The notes under the pieces: generated by a model
Told to the model about the DNA's origin: nothing
Databases searched by the model: none
Seen by the model: only the letters and a program-made list of their open reading frames with translations
Shown here: positions 27,398-37,249 of the stretch, piece by piece
How positions within the stretch are numbered: the stretch's first letter is position 1
Layout of the letters: the number at the start of each line of letters is the position of its first letter
Made by a program: the position numbers and the translations under genes
DNA from: a bacterium
GTDB lineage: Bacteria > SAR324 > NAC60-12
Reading direction: 5' to 3'
Length of the DNA stretch: 64,000 bases
Assembly (NCBI GenBank): GCA_965233585.1
Contig: CBDDTI010000747.1
Location: 672,001-736,000, forward strand

Positions 27398-27955
27398 CTA
27401 ACATGGTTGGTCAGCAGATTTTGTTGGGTGTGGAAGTTTGACAGGCAGACCACCGAGACCTTTTATTTTTTCAAAATAAACAAAGATGTGTTGTTGCTGA
27501 ATGTCAAGGTAAATGATTAGGTCTGCTTGTTTGAGCTTGACCTGCAAATCGGGAAACTGCTTTTGCACCGCATGTCCTACTTTTGCCTCAATCTCAGGAG
27601 AAGTTAAGTGGAAAAATTTGTCCTTGCGTCTGGATTCAATACAGAACGAATTGATTGACTTTTGTTTGGCAAGAGAGGTCAATTTTTCACAAACAAACTG
27701 GCATAAGACGTCAAGCTCACGTGGTAAAACAAAAACAGGCAAGATGTAGGCAATGCCCGATATGCTCTTCAACAGTTCTAAGACTTGCTCCCTTTGACCT
27801 TCAAAATCAATACGAATCTGGTCAAACTCCACATGTAACTGCACCAAAAACGGCTTCAAAGACCTACGAATATTGGAGGCAAGCAGTCCGATTAAGTATT
27901 GACGACTCCGACTTTTAATTCCAATTTCAGAGTATCTGATTAACAAGACACTCAT
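27398..27955 (-). CDS. ThiI N-terminal part only (NFLD + THUMP); PP-loop domain absent
   Basis: LIRYSEIGIKSRSR, SRRKDKFFHLTS and KGLGGLPV, then stop 15 codons later. No SGGIDS motif follows. Confidence 0.7.
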   Translation of the reverse strand: MSVLLIRYSEIGIKSRSRQYLIGLLASNIRRSLKPFLVQLHVEFDQIRIDFEGQREQVLELLKSISGIAYILPVFVLPRELDVLCQFVCEKLTSLAKQKSINSFCIESRRKDKFFHLTSPEIEAKVGHAVQKQFPDLQVKLKQADLIIYLDIQQQHIFVYFEKIKGLGGLPVKLPHPTKSADQPC

Positions 27956-27973
27956 AAGCCACTGAGATTCAAA

Positions 27974-28141
27974 TTATGCGGAGGGTGTTTTAGAAGTTTT
28001 GAGAAGACCGAAATCATAAAGATAGTTAAGCACTTGCCCAAAAATCCCCGAAAATAGGAAGGTCAAAACCACTGCAGGAACACTTGCAATGACCATCATC
28101 CAAGGAATGACAAAGAAGTAAAAAATCCATTCAGGAGCCAT
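27974..28141 (-). CDS. small (55 aa) membrane protein, not in the ORF track
   Basis: AAGGA RBS 6 nt before the ATG. Translates as MAPEWIFYFFVIPWMMVIASVPAVVLTFLFSGIFGQVLNYLYDFGLLKTSKTPSA. Confidence 0.55.
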   Translation of the reverse strand: MAPEWIFYFFVIPWMMVIASVPAVVLTFLFSGIFGQVLNYLYDFGLLKTSKTPSA

Positions 28142-28299
28142 CGTTTTCCTTAATTATAGGTGTGAATCATAAAAAACAGGTAGAATCTCATAAATTTTTT
28201 TAAATGGCAAGTTGCAAATATGCTGATGTTCATTTGAATCAACTCATTTGAAACTTGATGAGGGTTGGGGAAGAGTCCAATGAAGTCAAAACGATTTTT

Positions 28300-29413
28300 T
28301 CAAAAAATAGAAAGGTAGGCTTTTTTAGAAAGGGCAACTTTGATGAAGCTGTCAAGCTCTCCACCTAAAACTGCAGAGGTATTGCCTGTTTCATGGTTGG
28401 TGCGATGGTCTTTGACCATCTGGTAAGGGTGCAGTACATAGCTGCGGATTTGACTACCCCACGCATTTTCTTGTTTTTCTGCATGAAGTTTGTCTTTTTC
28501 TTTGTTGGCTTCTTGAAGTTCACGTTCATAAAGGCGAGCTTTGAGAACTTTCATAGCAGTTGCACGATTTTTATGCTGAGACCTCTCATTTTGACATTGC
28601 ACAACAATTCCTGTTGGTAGATGTGTGATTCTGACTGCAGAATCAGTGGTATTGACATGCTGACCTCCTGCACCACTTGCACGATAAGTATCTACTTGAA
28701 GTTCGTCAGGTTTGATTTCAAGGTCAATCTCTTGTTCAATGTCAGCATAAACAAAGACTGATGCAAAAGAGGTATGACGTCGTTTATTGGAGTCAAAAGG
28801 AGAAATCCGCACCAAACGATGCACGCCATGTTCGGTTTTTAGCTTGCCGTAAGCGTACATGCCTCCAACTGCAAAAGACACAGATTTGATGCCAGCTTCG
28901 TCTCCTGCAAGAAAATTTAACTCTTCTACTTTGTAGCCACAACGAGTTGCCCATTTAAGATACATGTCATAAAGCATGGCTGCCCAATCACTTGACTCTG
29001 TACCTCCTGCCCCTGGGTGAATTTCAACAATCGCATTGCCTTCATCATGTTGCTGTGAAAACAAATGCACAATTTCTAATTCCTCACTTTGACTTTCTGC
29101 ATGCTCTAAATTTTGGGCAACCTCTGACAGAAAATCAGCATCTTCACTTTCTTGATAAAGTTCTATGGCGATTTGAATTTCTTCACAAAGCGAGGCAAGT
29201 TTATCATACTGACTGATGATATGAGCAAGATTGGAGGCTTGTTTAAGAACTTTGGCACGTGCGTCAGGTTCTAATTGCCAAAAAGTGTCTTGCGAGGTCT
29301 CATTTTGAAGTGTTTCAAGTTGGGTCTTTTTTGAGGCAATGTCAAAGATACCCCCGCAAACTGATTAAACGAGTAGCAATGACTTCACAACGAGCTTGAT
29401 AGTCTTCAATCAT
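28300..29413 (-). CDS. prfB: peptide chain release factor 2 with programmed +1 frameshift
   Basis: Short first frame MIEDYQ...LRGYL ends at CGGGGG-TAT-CTT-TGA-C. The +1 frame is open into the 29070 ORF, which carries SPF and GGQ. Confidence 0.95.
29341..29356 (-). promoter_or_regulatory. prfB +1 ribosomal frameshift site
   Basis: CGGGGGTATCTTTGAC: internal SD-like run plus the CTT-TGA-C slippery site. Confidence 0.92.
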
Positions 29414-29434
29414 TTTTTGAGTAAGAAGAGAAGG

Positions 29435-30199
29435 TTAGGAATGAGAATTGTGCCAGTGTTCAAAAAGTCGCATATAGTCTTGGATGACTTTTTCTGGGGG
29501 TAATTCCAGACTTTTGGAATAACTTTGTAAGAATCCTTTGACATAGACTGCGGCAGAAGGTAAAGACTTAAAATTCTCATCTTCAATCGCTTGCAAATAG
29601 ACCAGTCGGACACAAATATCTTTGGCAATTTCTGAAAGGTCAATTTGTTTGATTTCACGGACTGTCCGCAAGGCTTCTCCATTGAAACAAGCAATAGATG
29701 CAATGAAGTTATCAGCCTGTTCTTGGGAGACGCGGTTTTTATAATTAAGTAACTTTCGTTGCCTTAAACGATCGGAAGAATATTTGCGGGTCTCTCCGTT
29801 GGTAAACACTTTGACAGCAGGTGTATTTTTAATGATTAAAGGAGATTCCATATCTTCTTCTTCCACAACTTCTGGGGTGGAATTGTTCTCTACAAGGAAC
29901 AAAGTAGGGGCTTTTTTAGGGGTGGCTTGGTTTTGGAGTTTGTAATCATAATTTTTCCGAGAAATAGGGTCGCTCAAAATCATGTAGGCTTCCGTAATTC
30001 TTCTTAAAATTCCATCTGACTCTTCTGCAGAAAACAGGGAATAAGAAGCAAGAGAGTTCTGCTCAAACGTCTGTATAGCGATCTCGTATGCCTCTCTAAT
30101 GGCTTTTTCACTGGCATCAGAACACAAGCCTAACAATTCATAATAATTCTCTTTGTTTTTATTTTGCTGCTTGTGCTTGTTTAAAACATTGAATTGCAT
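29435..30199 (-). CDS. J-domain-like plus RodZ-type HTH protein
   Basis: NYYELLGL...IREAY and EAYMILSDPISRKNYD (J-like, no HPD), then GEALRTVRE...YLQAIEDE...YVKGFLQSY (HTH). Confidence 0.75.
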   Translation of the reverse strand: MQFNVLNKHKQQNKNKENYYELLGLCSDASEKAIREAYEIAIQTFEQNSLASYSLFSAEESDGILRRITEAYMILSDPISRKNYDYKLQNQATPKKAPTLFLVENNSTPEVVEEEDMESPLIIKNTPAVKVFTNGETRKYSSDRLRQRKLLNYKNRVSQEQADNFIASIACFNGEALRTVREIKQIDLSEIAKDICVRLVYLQAIEDENFKSLPSAAVYVKGFLQSYSKSLELPPEKVIQDYMRLFEHWHNSHS

Positions 30200-30200
30200 A

Positions 30201-31130
30201 CTATAAAAAGTGATCTGGTTTGAGATAGTTGTTACGGATCAAATTATCGCAAATCTGATGGAGTCCTTCTTGGATTGGTGAGTCTGTCTGTTGCATCATC
30301 AAAGGCTTTCGCTGCACAATAGACTTCCAAACCATTGTGCTGTGTTCCACATATCCTGCAAAATCAAAACGGATTCCGAAGTATTTATGACAGGCTTGTT
30401 GCATAGCGAATCCAATTCTACGGTCATGTTCATTACGAATTTGATTTAACACAAGTTTAGGGCAAAATTGTGCCACTTGTTCCTTTGTAAAATCAGAATA
30501 ACCATGGTCTGATAGGTAGTTTAATAGCTCATTAGGGGTTCTCACGCCTGAAATGTTGTCGCGATACATGACAGTGTAGAGAATCTCTTTGATGTTTTTA
30601 TCGTGGGCGTTGTATCGGATTTGACGATAAAATCCACTCTTGATAAAACGATACGCATTTTCAACGGCTGTTGGTTCAGGAATGACTACAAGAATTTGCA
30701 CATCTGCCAACAAGAAGAAGTCCAGTGTATTGAAGTTAGAACCTGCACCTAAATCTAAGATGACATAATCGGCATCTAAGTTTTTGATAGCCTTGAGGAT
30801 TCTTATTTTTTGGGCGTGACGCAAGTTCGTAATTCCGACAGCATCATGTGCGCCACTAATTAGCTTCAAGTTTCTTACAGGAGTTGGACATGCAACATTT
30901 GCTAATTCTTTCACTTCATGGTTAAGGAAGTGTGAAAGTCCTTTCTGTGGATTGGCAACACCAAGGCAGGTATGCAGATTTGCCCCCCCTAGATCACCAT
31001 CAAACAAAACAACATTAAAGCCTTTGTGAGTTAATGCGATAGCAAGGTTACTGCTGATAAAACTTTTACCAACACCCCCTTTGCCTCCTCCAATTGCCCA
31101 AATCTGTGGTTGTGTCATATCATGCGTCAT
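30201..31130 (-). CDS. MinD/FlhG-like ParA family ATPase
   Basis: GGKGGVGKS deviant Walker A, DGDLGGANLHT, DLGAG and PEPTAVENAY motifs. Confidence 0.85.
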   Translation of the reverse strand: MTHDMTQPQIWAIGGGKGGVGKSFISSNLAIALTHKGFNVVLFDGDLGGANLHTCLGVANPQKGLSHFLNHEVKELANVACPTPVRNLKLISGAHDAVGITNLRHAQKIRILKAIKNLDADYVILDLGAGSNFNTLDFFLLADVQILVVIPEPTAVENAYRFIKSGFYRQIRYNAHDKNIKEILYTVMYRDNISGVRTPNELLNYLSDHGYSDFTKEQVAQFCPKLVLNQIRNEHDRRIGFAMQQACHKYFGIRFDFAGYVEHSTMVWKSIVQRKPLMMQQTDSPIQEGLHQICDNLIRNNYLKPDHFL

Positions 31131-31264
31131 TCAAATAGGTTGACAGGCTTTCCGAATGGGACTCTAGCAATTTATTGACCATTTTTAAAGAAGGCGTCCA
31201 TTTTTTATGAAAAGTCAGTCAAGACTATCTGGGAAATCAAGAAGAGGACAATGAGAAAAAGGAG

Positions 31265-32593
31265 TTAATCCGTTGACATCTGACTCAATGCCTCTCCAAG
31301 TGCTTGTTCTAATTTTTGAGTGTGCTGCGAGGATTCAGTGTATCGGAGGTACCTCAAGCCTTTATTGAAAAGAGGGGACATGCGTGAACGATGATACCCT
31401 GTTGGCAAATAAGGTTGAAAAATCTCAAAGGAGTAGAAATGCCTTAAAATATAATTGCAGTAGTCTATTGTCATGGCATTGCGGATTTTAGTATTAGAAT
31501 TGGGAACTGATAACTTGGACATGCAAGCACTAGAAAACGACAGCCATTCTCCAAAAATGGAAAAAATAGTTTTAAGGCACTCCTCCTTTAATCGGTTTGG
31601 TGCATTTTTAAATTCTTCTAGTAACATTAAGTATTCACCTCCTAATAATTGAGACCTTGCAAAAGTACTCATTGGCACCTGAATATGATAGACAACTTCC
31701 CAATTTTGCATCCTCTCCAAAATATTGTATGCCAACGGGTAAAGAAGTGGTAGGTGTCGCAGTACCTGGATCAAGGAATAGGTGGATTGTTGAATACGAT
31801 GAATCTCTTGTTCATCAAGTTTTTTGGTTTGGTGTTCAAGGGAGTCAAATGCTGACAAATTAAGTAGTATCTCTGTTTTCAGTAAATTCCCTTGCTCTAG
31901 TGCAAGCCTCTGACTCATTGACTTCAGATACTTCATATTGCCAATGTTGGACTCAAGCAAGGTAATCTGCTCTAAGATCATTTCTGTTTGCTGATAGTAA
32001 ACATCATTATTCTTATTGGCATAAATTTTTCTCTGATAGTTTCTTAACTCTTCAGTTGCTTCACTAATACACATTTGCAGGTACCGATTTTGTGCTTCAA
32101 TGGAAAGAGACAAGTTACGATTAGAAATCATCTCTTTGGTTGTTCCCATACCCACCTTGATTTTTTGATTATAATTTCCAATAGTGGTGTGAAGGAGAAG
32201 TTTACGAAGAGTTTTGGAGCCTAAGTTTTCATTTTTTTCCAAGATAGACTCTACCAATGCCAAACGAGAGGCATAGATGGTAGGGTCACTGTTGAGAGTC
32301 TTGATGTGTTTTAACGAGACTTCATCAGATATAAAAGGAAGTAGGTCATTTCCTAGTGCTTGGTCAGAAAGCTGGCAGGGCTTCCCCATTTTATGAGACC
32401 AACGAAATCGGATAGAGTTATCAAAAGTTTGCTTCCATTTTTTGATTTCTTCCACAACTTCTTTCACCTCCCCGACAAGTTCCCCCCTTGGTAGAGGGAC
32501 TACATTTCCCAAAGTGAGGTAATGAGTATACTCAGACTCCTTTTGCTTACCTTCAGTCTCAGCTTCAGTCTTTTGTTCTTTTAATGCAGGCAC
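31265..32593 (-). CDS. hypothetical protein (helical)
   Basis: 442-codon ORF with no motif I recognise. Confidence 0.6.
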   Translation of the reverse strand: MPALKEQKTEAETEGKQKESEYTHYLTLGNVVPLPRGELVGEVKEVVEEIKKWKQTFDNSIRFRWSHKMGKPCQLSDQALGNDLLPFISDEVSLKHIKTLNSDPTIYASRLALVESILEKNENLGSKTLRKLLLHTTIGNYNQKIKVGMGTTKEMISNRNLSLSIEAQNRYLQMCISEATEELRNYQRKIYANKNNDVYYQQTEMILEQITLLESNIGNMKYLKSMSQRLALEQGNLLKTEILLNLSAFDSLEHQTKKLDEQEIHRIQQSTYSLIQVLRHLPLLYPLAYNILERMQNWEVVYHIQVPMSTFARSQLLGGEYLMLLEEFKNAPNRLKEECLKTIFSIFGEWLSFSSACMSKLSVPNSNTKIRNAMTIDYCNYILRHFYSFEIFQPYLPTGYHRSRMSPLFNKGLRYLRYTESSQHTQKLEQALGEALSQMSTD

Positions 32594-32721
32594 TGTTTGT
32601 CAATAATCAGATGAAGATGTTCGGTCACTTTAAATCAAGCCGACACCAAAAAAAGAATCTTTAAGAAATATCTAATCCAATCAAGCAGGATTCCCAAAAT
32701 GGACACAGGATTGACCTCAAG

Positions 32722-33696
32722 TTATGGAATCAAGAGAGTTGAGCCTGTTGTAAGACGTGCTTCCAAGTCTTGATGAGCCTGAGACGCTTGCTCTAATGGA
32801 TATTCCTGTTGGATGTTAATTTTGAGTCCTTTTTGAATGGCGTGAAACAGACTTTCCGAACGTTTCTGTGTTTCTTCAGGGGTTTGAGTGTAGTGTGCTA
32901 AAGTGGGTCTTGTCATAAAGAGAGAGCCTTTGGAGGCAAGAGTCAATGGGGCAACATCAGGCACAGCACCAGAGGCATTGCCAAACGTCACAAACATGCC
33001 ACGAGGTTTTAAACAATTCACTGATGCCTCAAAAGTCGCTTGTCCTACTGAATCATAAACAACATCTACTTTGTGACCTGCAGTGATTTCTTCAACCCTT
33101 TTGGCAATGTCTTCTTGGTGGTACAAAATGACGTGGTCATATCCTGCATTTTTGGCAAGTTCTGCCTTTGCTTCAGAACCAACCGTTCCAATCACCGTCG
33201 CACCAATCTGCTTAAGCCATTGTCCTGCAATGAGTCCAACACCTCCAGCAGCTGCATGAAACAAGACCGTATCCTTTGAAGAAACAGGGTAGGTGCTGTG
33301 AAGCAAATAATGTGTGGTGAGTCCTTTTAACATCATTCCTGCTGCAGTTTTAAAATCAATGAAATCTGGCAGTTTAGAAATTTTGGAAGCAGGAATATTG
33401 CGTACAGAAGAATATGCCCCAAGGGGTCCTGTTCCATAAGCCACTCTGTCCCCTTTTTGAAAATCGCAAACATCTTTCCCAACGACTTCTACAATCCCTG
33501 ATGCTTCCAAGCCTAATATTGCAGGTAGTGGCACAGGGTAAAGCCCTGAACGATGATAGACATCAATAAAGTTCAGTCCAACAGCTTGGTGACGCACCTG
33601 TACTTCATCAGGGGCAGGAGGTTCTAAAATAATCTCTTTTTTCTCCAAAACCTGGGCATCACCAGTTTTCTGGAATTGAATGGCGTAATCACTCAT
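32722..33696 (-). CDS. qor: NADPH:quinone oxidoreductase (zeta-crystallin-like)
   Basis: GLNFIDVYHRSGLYP, HAAAGGVG, YDSVG, FGNASG and KGSLFMTRPTL motifs. Confidence 0.9.
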   Translation of the reverse strand: MSDYAIQFQKTGDAQVLEKKEIILEPPAPDEVQVRHQAVGLNFIDVYHRSGLYPVPLPAILGLEASGIVEVVGKDVCDFQKGDRVAYGTGPLGAYSSVRNIPASKISKLPDFIDFKTAAGMMLKGLTTHYLLHSTYPVSSKDTVLFHAAAGGVGLIAGQWLKQIGATVIGTVGSEAKAELAKNAGYDHVILYHQEDIAKRVEEITAGHKVDVVYDSVGQATFEASVNCLKPRGMFVTFGNASGAVPDVAPLTLASKGSLFMTRPTLAHYTQTPEETQKRSESLFHAIQKGLKINIQQEYPLEQASQAHQDLEARLTTGSTLLIP

Positions 33697-33764
33697 GTTT
33701 TGTCTTCATTTAGAATGGATTGATGAATTGAAATTTAATTTGATATGAGGATAGTGTCAACTGA

Positions 33765-33853
33765 TGGCGGAAAGAGAGGGATTCGAACCCTCGGTACGCA
33801 TGACGTACACACGCTTTCCAGGCGTGCTCCTTCGACCACTCGGACACCTTTCC
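33765..33853 (-). tRNA. tRNA-Ser(GGA)
   Basis: Minus strand GGAAAGGTGTCCGAGTGG...CACGC-CTGGAAA-GCGTG, long variable arm, GGTTCGAATCC, CCA end. Confidence 0.95.
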
Positions 33854-33904
33854 AAAGCCTATCAGTGTAACTCATCACTCTGAGTTTATCTAGTTTTATT
33901 CTGT

Positions 33905-36877
33905 TCACTTTACAACAATGTTGAGTAAACGTCTATCTTTTTGGACAACAGGAATGACCCGCTGAATCGTTTTACCTTCCAGATATCTTTGGATTTTTTC
34001 CAGCCCCATTTGTTCAAGCTCGTCTTTGCTTGCAGAAGTAGAAACTGCCATGACTGTGCGTTTTTTTCCATTGACCATGATTGGCATCTCTAGCAAATCA
34101 TCATGGCATTGTTCTGGGTCATAAATCGGAAAATCAAATAAAAGCCCAGATTTTTTTTGTGCAAATTCATCAGGCACAAGTTGCAAAAGCATTTCTTCTC
34201 CTAAATGCGGAGCAAAAGGGTAGAGTAGCAAAGCAAAAGTTTTGAGGTCTGCTTTGGAAAGATGGGGGCGTTGACGCATGAGATTTTTCAATTCAATCAA
34301 GGCAGCAATGGCTGTATTCATTCGCAGTCGTTCTATGTCTTGGGTCACTTTACGAATAGTTTTATGTAATGCTTTCTCTAACTCTTTATCTTCTGGAAGG
34401 GGCTGGTCTGTGGCTAATTCCAACAAGTTCCAAACAGAGCTTAAAAAGCGGAACATTCCAATAATAGAGTCTTGGTTCCAAGGTTTAGTAGAATCAAGAG
34501 GACCAAGATACATTTCATACACGCGGAAAGTATCCACGGTGTATGCTTTGGCAACGTCTTCAGGGGCAATGCCATTCTTAAATCGTTTGCCCATTTTTCC
34601 TTGCTCAATTTCAAGCTGTTCCCCTGTTTGCTTGTGTGTTGCTACCATTTTTTTATTTTGTGTGGAAACCTTGACTTCCGTAATGTCCACATACGAACCA
34701 CCGGAGTCTTTGTAAGCGTCGGCAGTAATCATACCTTGGTTGTAAAGCTGGTCAAATGGCTCACACGTAGAAAGATGTCCTAAGTCATAAAGAACTTTGT
34801 GCCAAAACCTTGCATAAAGCAGATGCAACACCGCATGCTCTGTGCCTCCGACATATAAATCTACCATGCCTGCTTTGTATGTCCCATCTTCTTTTTGGGA
34901 CAGAGACCAGTATTTCTCCACTTCAGGGTCTATAAATTTTTTGTCATTGCTTGCATCACAATAACGCAAATAATACCAACATGACCCTGCCCAATTTGGC
35001 ATGGTGTTTAGCTCACGAGTAAATTTTTGTAACTTATATGATTTGCCTTCAATTTGTGCATCGCTGCCGATTTGTTGTTCAGGAAAAAGGTAAACTGTCC
35101 CTTCAATTTCTACTCCTGCCACTTCAGTCCAGCCACTTGTTCGGGAGAGTGGAGGGAGCGGCTGTGAATTGGGGTCATCTGAACTTTCAGGAGTGAAGTC
35201 TTGCAATTCTGGTAGCAGAATGGGCAAACATGATTCGTGAACAGGAAAAGGTCTTTGCTTGGCGTCAAACACAATAGGGAACGGCTCGCCCCAATACCGT
35301 TGACGGCTGAACAGCCAGTCTCTTAACTGATACTGAACTTTGACTTGACCTAGATTTTTTTGGACAAGCCATTCAATCATTTTGAGCTTTGCCTCTTCTG
35401 TTTTTAAACCGTTAAGCGAAAGCTCGTCATTGGCAGAGTTGATGCTTTCAGAATAGTCACAAAAGGCTTCTGAAAATTGTTCAGGGTGTTGGAGATAAAA
35501 CTCATACAGAGGCTCTTGTTTGTCCTCTGGTGCATGTTTTTCAAGCCATTTTTGATGAGGTTTCACAACAGGAACAATGGGCAAATTAAATTTTTGAGCA
35601 AATTCAAAATCTCGTTGGTCTGATGCAGGAACAGCCATGATGGCACCTGAACCGTAGGACATCAAGACATAGTCTGCCACCCAAACAGGGATTCGCTGAT
35701 TCTGACAAGGATTGATGGCATAGCCCCCTGTAAAGACGCCTGTTTTTTCTTTGGTGTAGTCATGCTTGGCAGAACGAGCTAGTGTGGCTTGTTGTTGGTA
35801 TTCAGATAAGGCGTTGCGATATTCAGGGGCAACGATTTTCTCTAAAAGTGGGTGTTCTGGCGCCATGACCATATAAGTTGCACCAAACAAGGTATCGGGT
35901 CTAGTCGTGTAAATCGTCAACGTTTCAAAACTTCCATCTTGCGTTTCAATTTGAAAGTCAATTTCTGCTCCTTTGGACTGACCAATCCAGTTGCGTTGAG
36001 CCTCTACCACTCCTTGGGGCCAGTTGAGTTTTTCAAGGTCTTTAAGCAAACGTGGCGCATATTCTGTAATCCGCATTTTCCATTGCTTCAATGACCTCTG
36101 GTAAACAGGGAATCCACCACGTTCACTCAAACCCTCATCTGTGACTTCTTCATTGGACAAGACTGTTCCAAGTTGAGGACACCAGTTGACTAATTCATCA
36201 CTTAAAATCACAAGACGTGCTTTGTCCAACGCATCAGCAATTTCCGAATTTTGTGCTTCTCTCCCTTCTGGCAAAAGTTCTTGAGGTTTGGGCATTCCAT
36301 CGGTGTCAAGTAACCACTCTTTGTTTTTGAGCTTTTGAGCAAGGTCTGAAATTGGCAATGCACGTCCTTGATTCTGTACACCATCAGCTCCAGTCCATTT
36401 TACACTTGGGTCATAGTAGCTTTGATAAAGTTGCAGGAAAATCCATTGCGTCCAACGATAATAATCAGGGTCAGTCGTAGAAAATCGTTTTTCTGGAGCA
36501 TGAGCAAGCCCTAGCAAATTGAGTTGTTTGAGCATGTTGTCAATGTTTTCTTCTGTCGTCAAACGGGGAGGCTTGCCTGTTTGAATCGCAAATTGTTCTG
36601 CAGGGAGTCCAAAAGAATCAAACCCCATAGAATACAAAACATGCTTGCCTTGCATCTGCAAAAAACGACGATAAATGTCTGTGGCAATGTAGCCTAAAGG
36701 ATGCCCAACGTGCAGACCATATCCGCTTGGATAAGGAAAGAAGTCTAAAATGAAAAACTTATCTTGATTGTTAGAACGATGAGGCTGAGTGTGATAAATT
36801 TTTTGATTGTCCCAATATTTCTGCCACTTGGGTTCAAATTGATGTGCCGCTTCTTGGTAAGTTGTTTGTTGTTCCAT
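33905..36877 (-). CDS. leuS: leucine--tRNA ligase (long form with insertions)
   Basis: FPYPSGYGLHVGH, YTTRPDTLFG, RDWLFSRQRYWGEP and GGTEHAVLHLLYARFW motifs. KMGKR replaces KMSKS. Confidence 0.95.
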   Translation of the reverse strand: MEQQTTYQEAAHQFEPKWQKYWDNQKIYHTQPHRSNNQDKFFILDFFPYPSGYGLHVGHPLGYIATDIYRRFLQMQGKHVLYSMGFDSFGLPAEQFAIQTGKPPRLTTEENIDNMLKQLNLLGLAHAPEKRFSTTDPDYYRWTQWIFLQLYQSYYDPSVKWTGADGVQNQGRALPISDLAQKLKNKEWLLDTDGMPKPQELLPEGREAQNSEIADALDKARLVILSDELVNWCPQLGTVLSNEEVTDEGLSERGGFPVYQRSLKQWKMRITEYAPRLLKDLEKLNWPQGVVEAQRNWIGQSKGAEIDFQIETQDGSFETLTIYTTRPDTLFGATYMVMAPEHPLLEKIVAPEYRNALSEYQQQATLARSAKHDYTKEKTGVFTGGYAINPCQNQRIPVWVADYVLMSYGSGAIMAVPASDQRDFEFAQKFNLPIVPVVKPHQKWLEKHAPEDKQEPLYEFYLQHPEQFSEAFCDYSESINSANDELSLNGLKTEEAKLKMIEWLVQKNLGQVKVQYQLRDWLFSRQRYWGEPFPIVFDAKQRPFPVHESCLPILLPELQDFTPESSDDPNSQPLPPLSRTSGWTEVAGVEIEGTVYLFPEQQIGSDAQIEGKSYKLQKFTRELNTMPNWAGSCWYYLRYCDASNDKKFIDPEVEKYWSLSQKEDGTYKAGMVDLYVGGTEHAVLHLLYARFWHKVLYDLGHLSTCEPFDQLYNQGMITADAYKDSGGSYVDITEVKVSTQNKKMVATHKQTGEQLEIEQGKMGKRFKNGIAPEDVAKAYTVDTFRVYEMYLGPLDSTKPWNQDSIIGMFRFLSSVWNLLELATDQPLPEDKELEKALHKTIRKVTQDIERLRMNTAIAALIELKNLMRQRPHLSKADLKTFALLLYPFAPHLGEEMLLQLVPDEFAQKKSGLLFDFPIYDPEQCHDDLLEMPIMVNGKKRTVMAVSTSASKDELEQMGLEKIQRYLEGKTIQRVIPVVQKDRRLLNIVVK

Positions 36878-36940
36878 GTTGAAAGATTTTTTATAGAAAT
36901 TTTTGACAAAACTTTGTCAAGCTAGAGTCATTGTTGAAAA

Positions 36941-37070
36941 TAGATTGTGGGTCAACCCCGCAATGATTGACAAAATTGGCAGAACTGGATTGTTTTCAAA
37001 ACCAAGTCTATTTCTTTAAAAGCAGGAATCCAGATGAAGTCCTTGAAAATAGATTCTGCTTTTAAGAAAT
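36941..37070. repeat. degenerate REP-like palindromic elements
   Basis: TAGATTGTGGGTCAACCCCGCAATGA hairpin (36941-36966) and imperfect IR ATTTCTTTAAAAGCAGGAATC / GATTCTGCTTTTAAGAAAT (37010-37070). Confidence 0.45.
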
Positions 37071-37249
37071 GAGTCATGTCAATTTTTAATATCCAAATGA
37101 GGTGATTCAAAAGCCTTTCATCATGCCTATTTTTGCAAAAAGTTTCAATTTTTTGATTTTCATCAATTTTGAATGAGCAGGAATGCTTTTGACTTTTTGG
37201 ATAAATTTTTGCATGATTTTCTGGTTTGACAATAATTGAAGGTATAATA

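Noticed and set aside
37226..37248. TTGACA...TATAAT promoter before the UDP-glucuronate decarboxylase
   Set aside because: The hexamers are only 11 nt apart, too close for sigma70.
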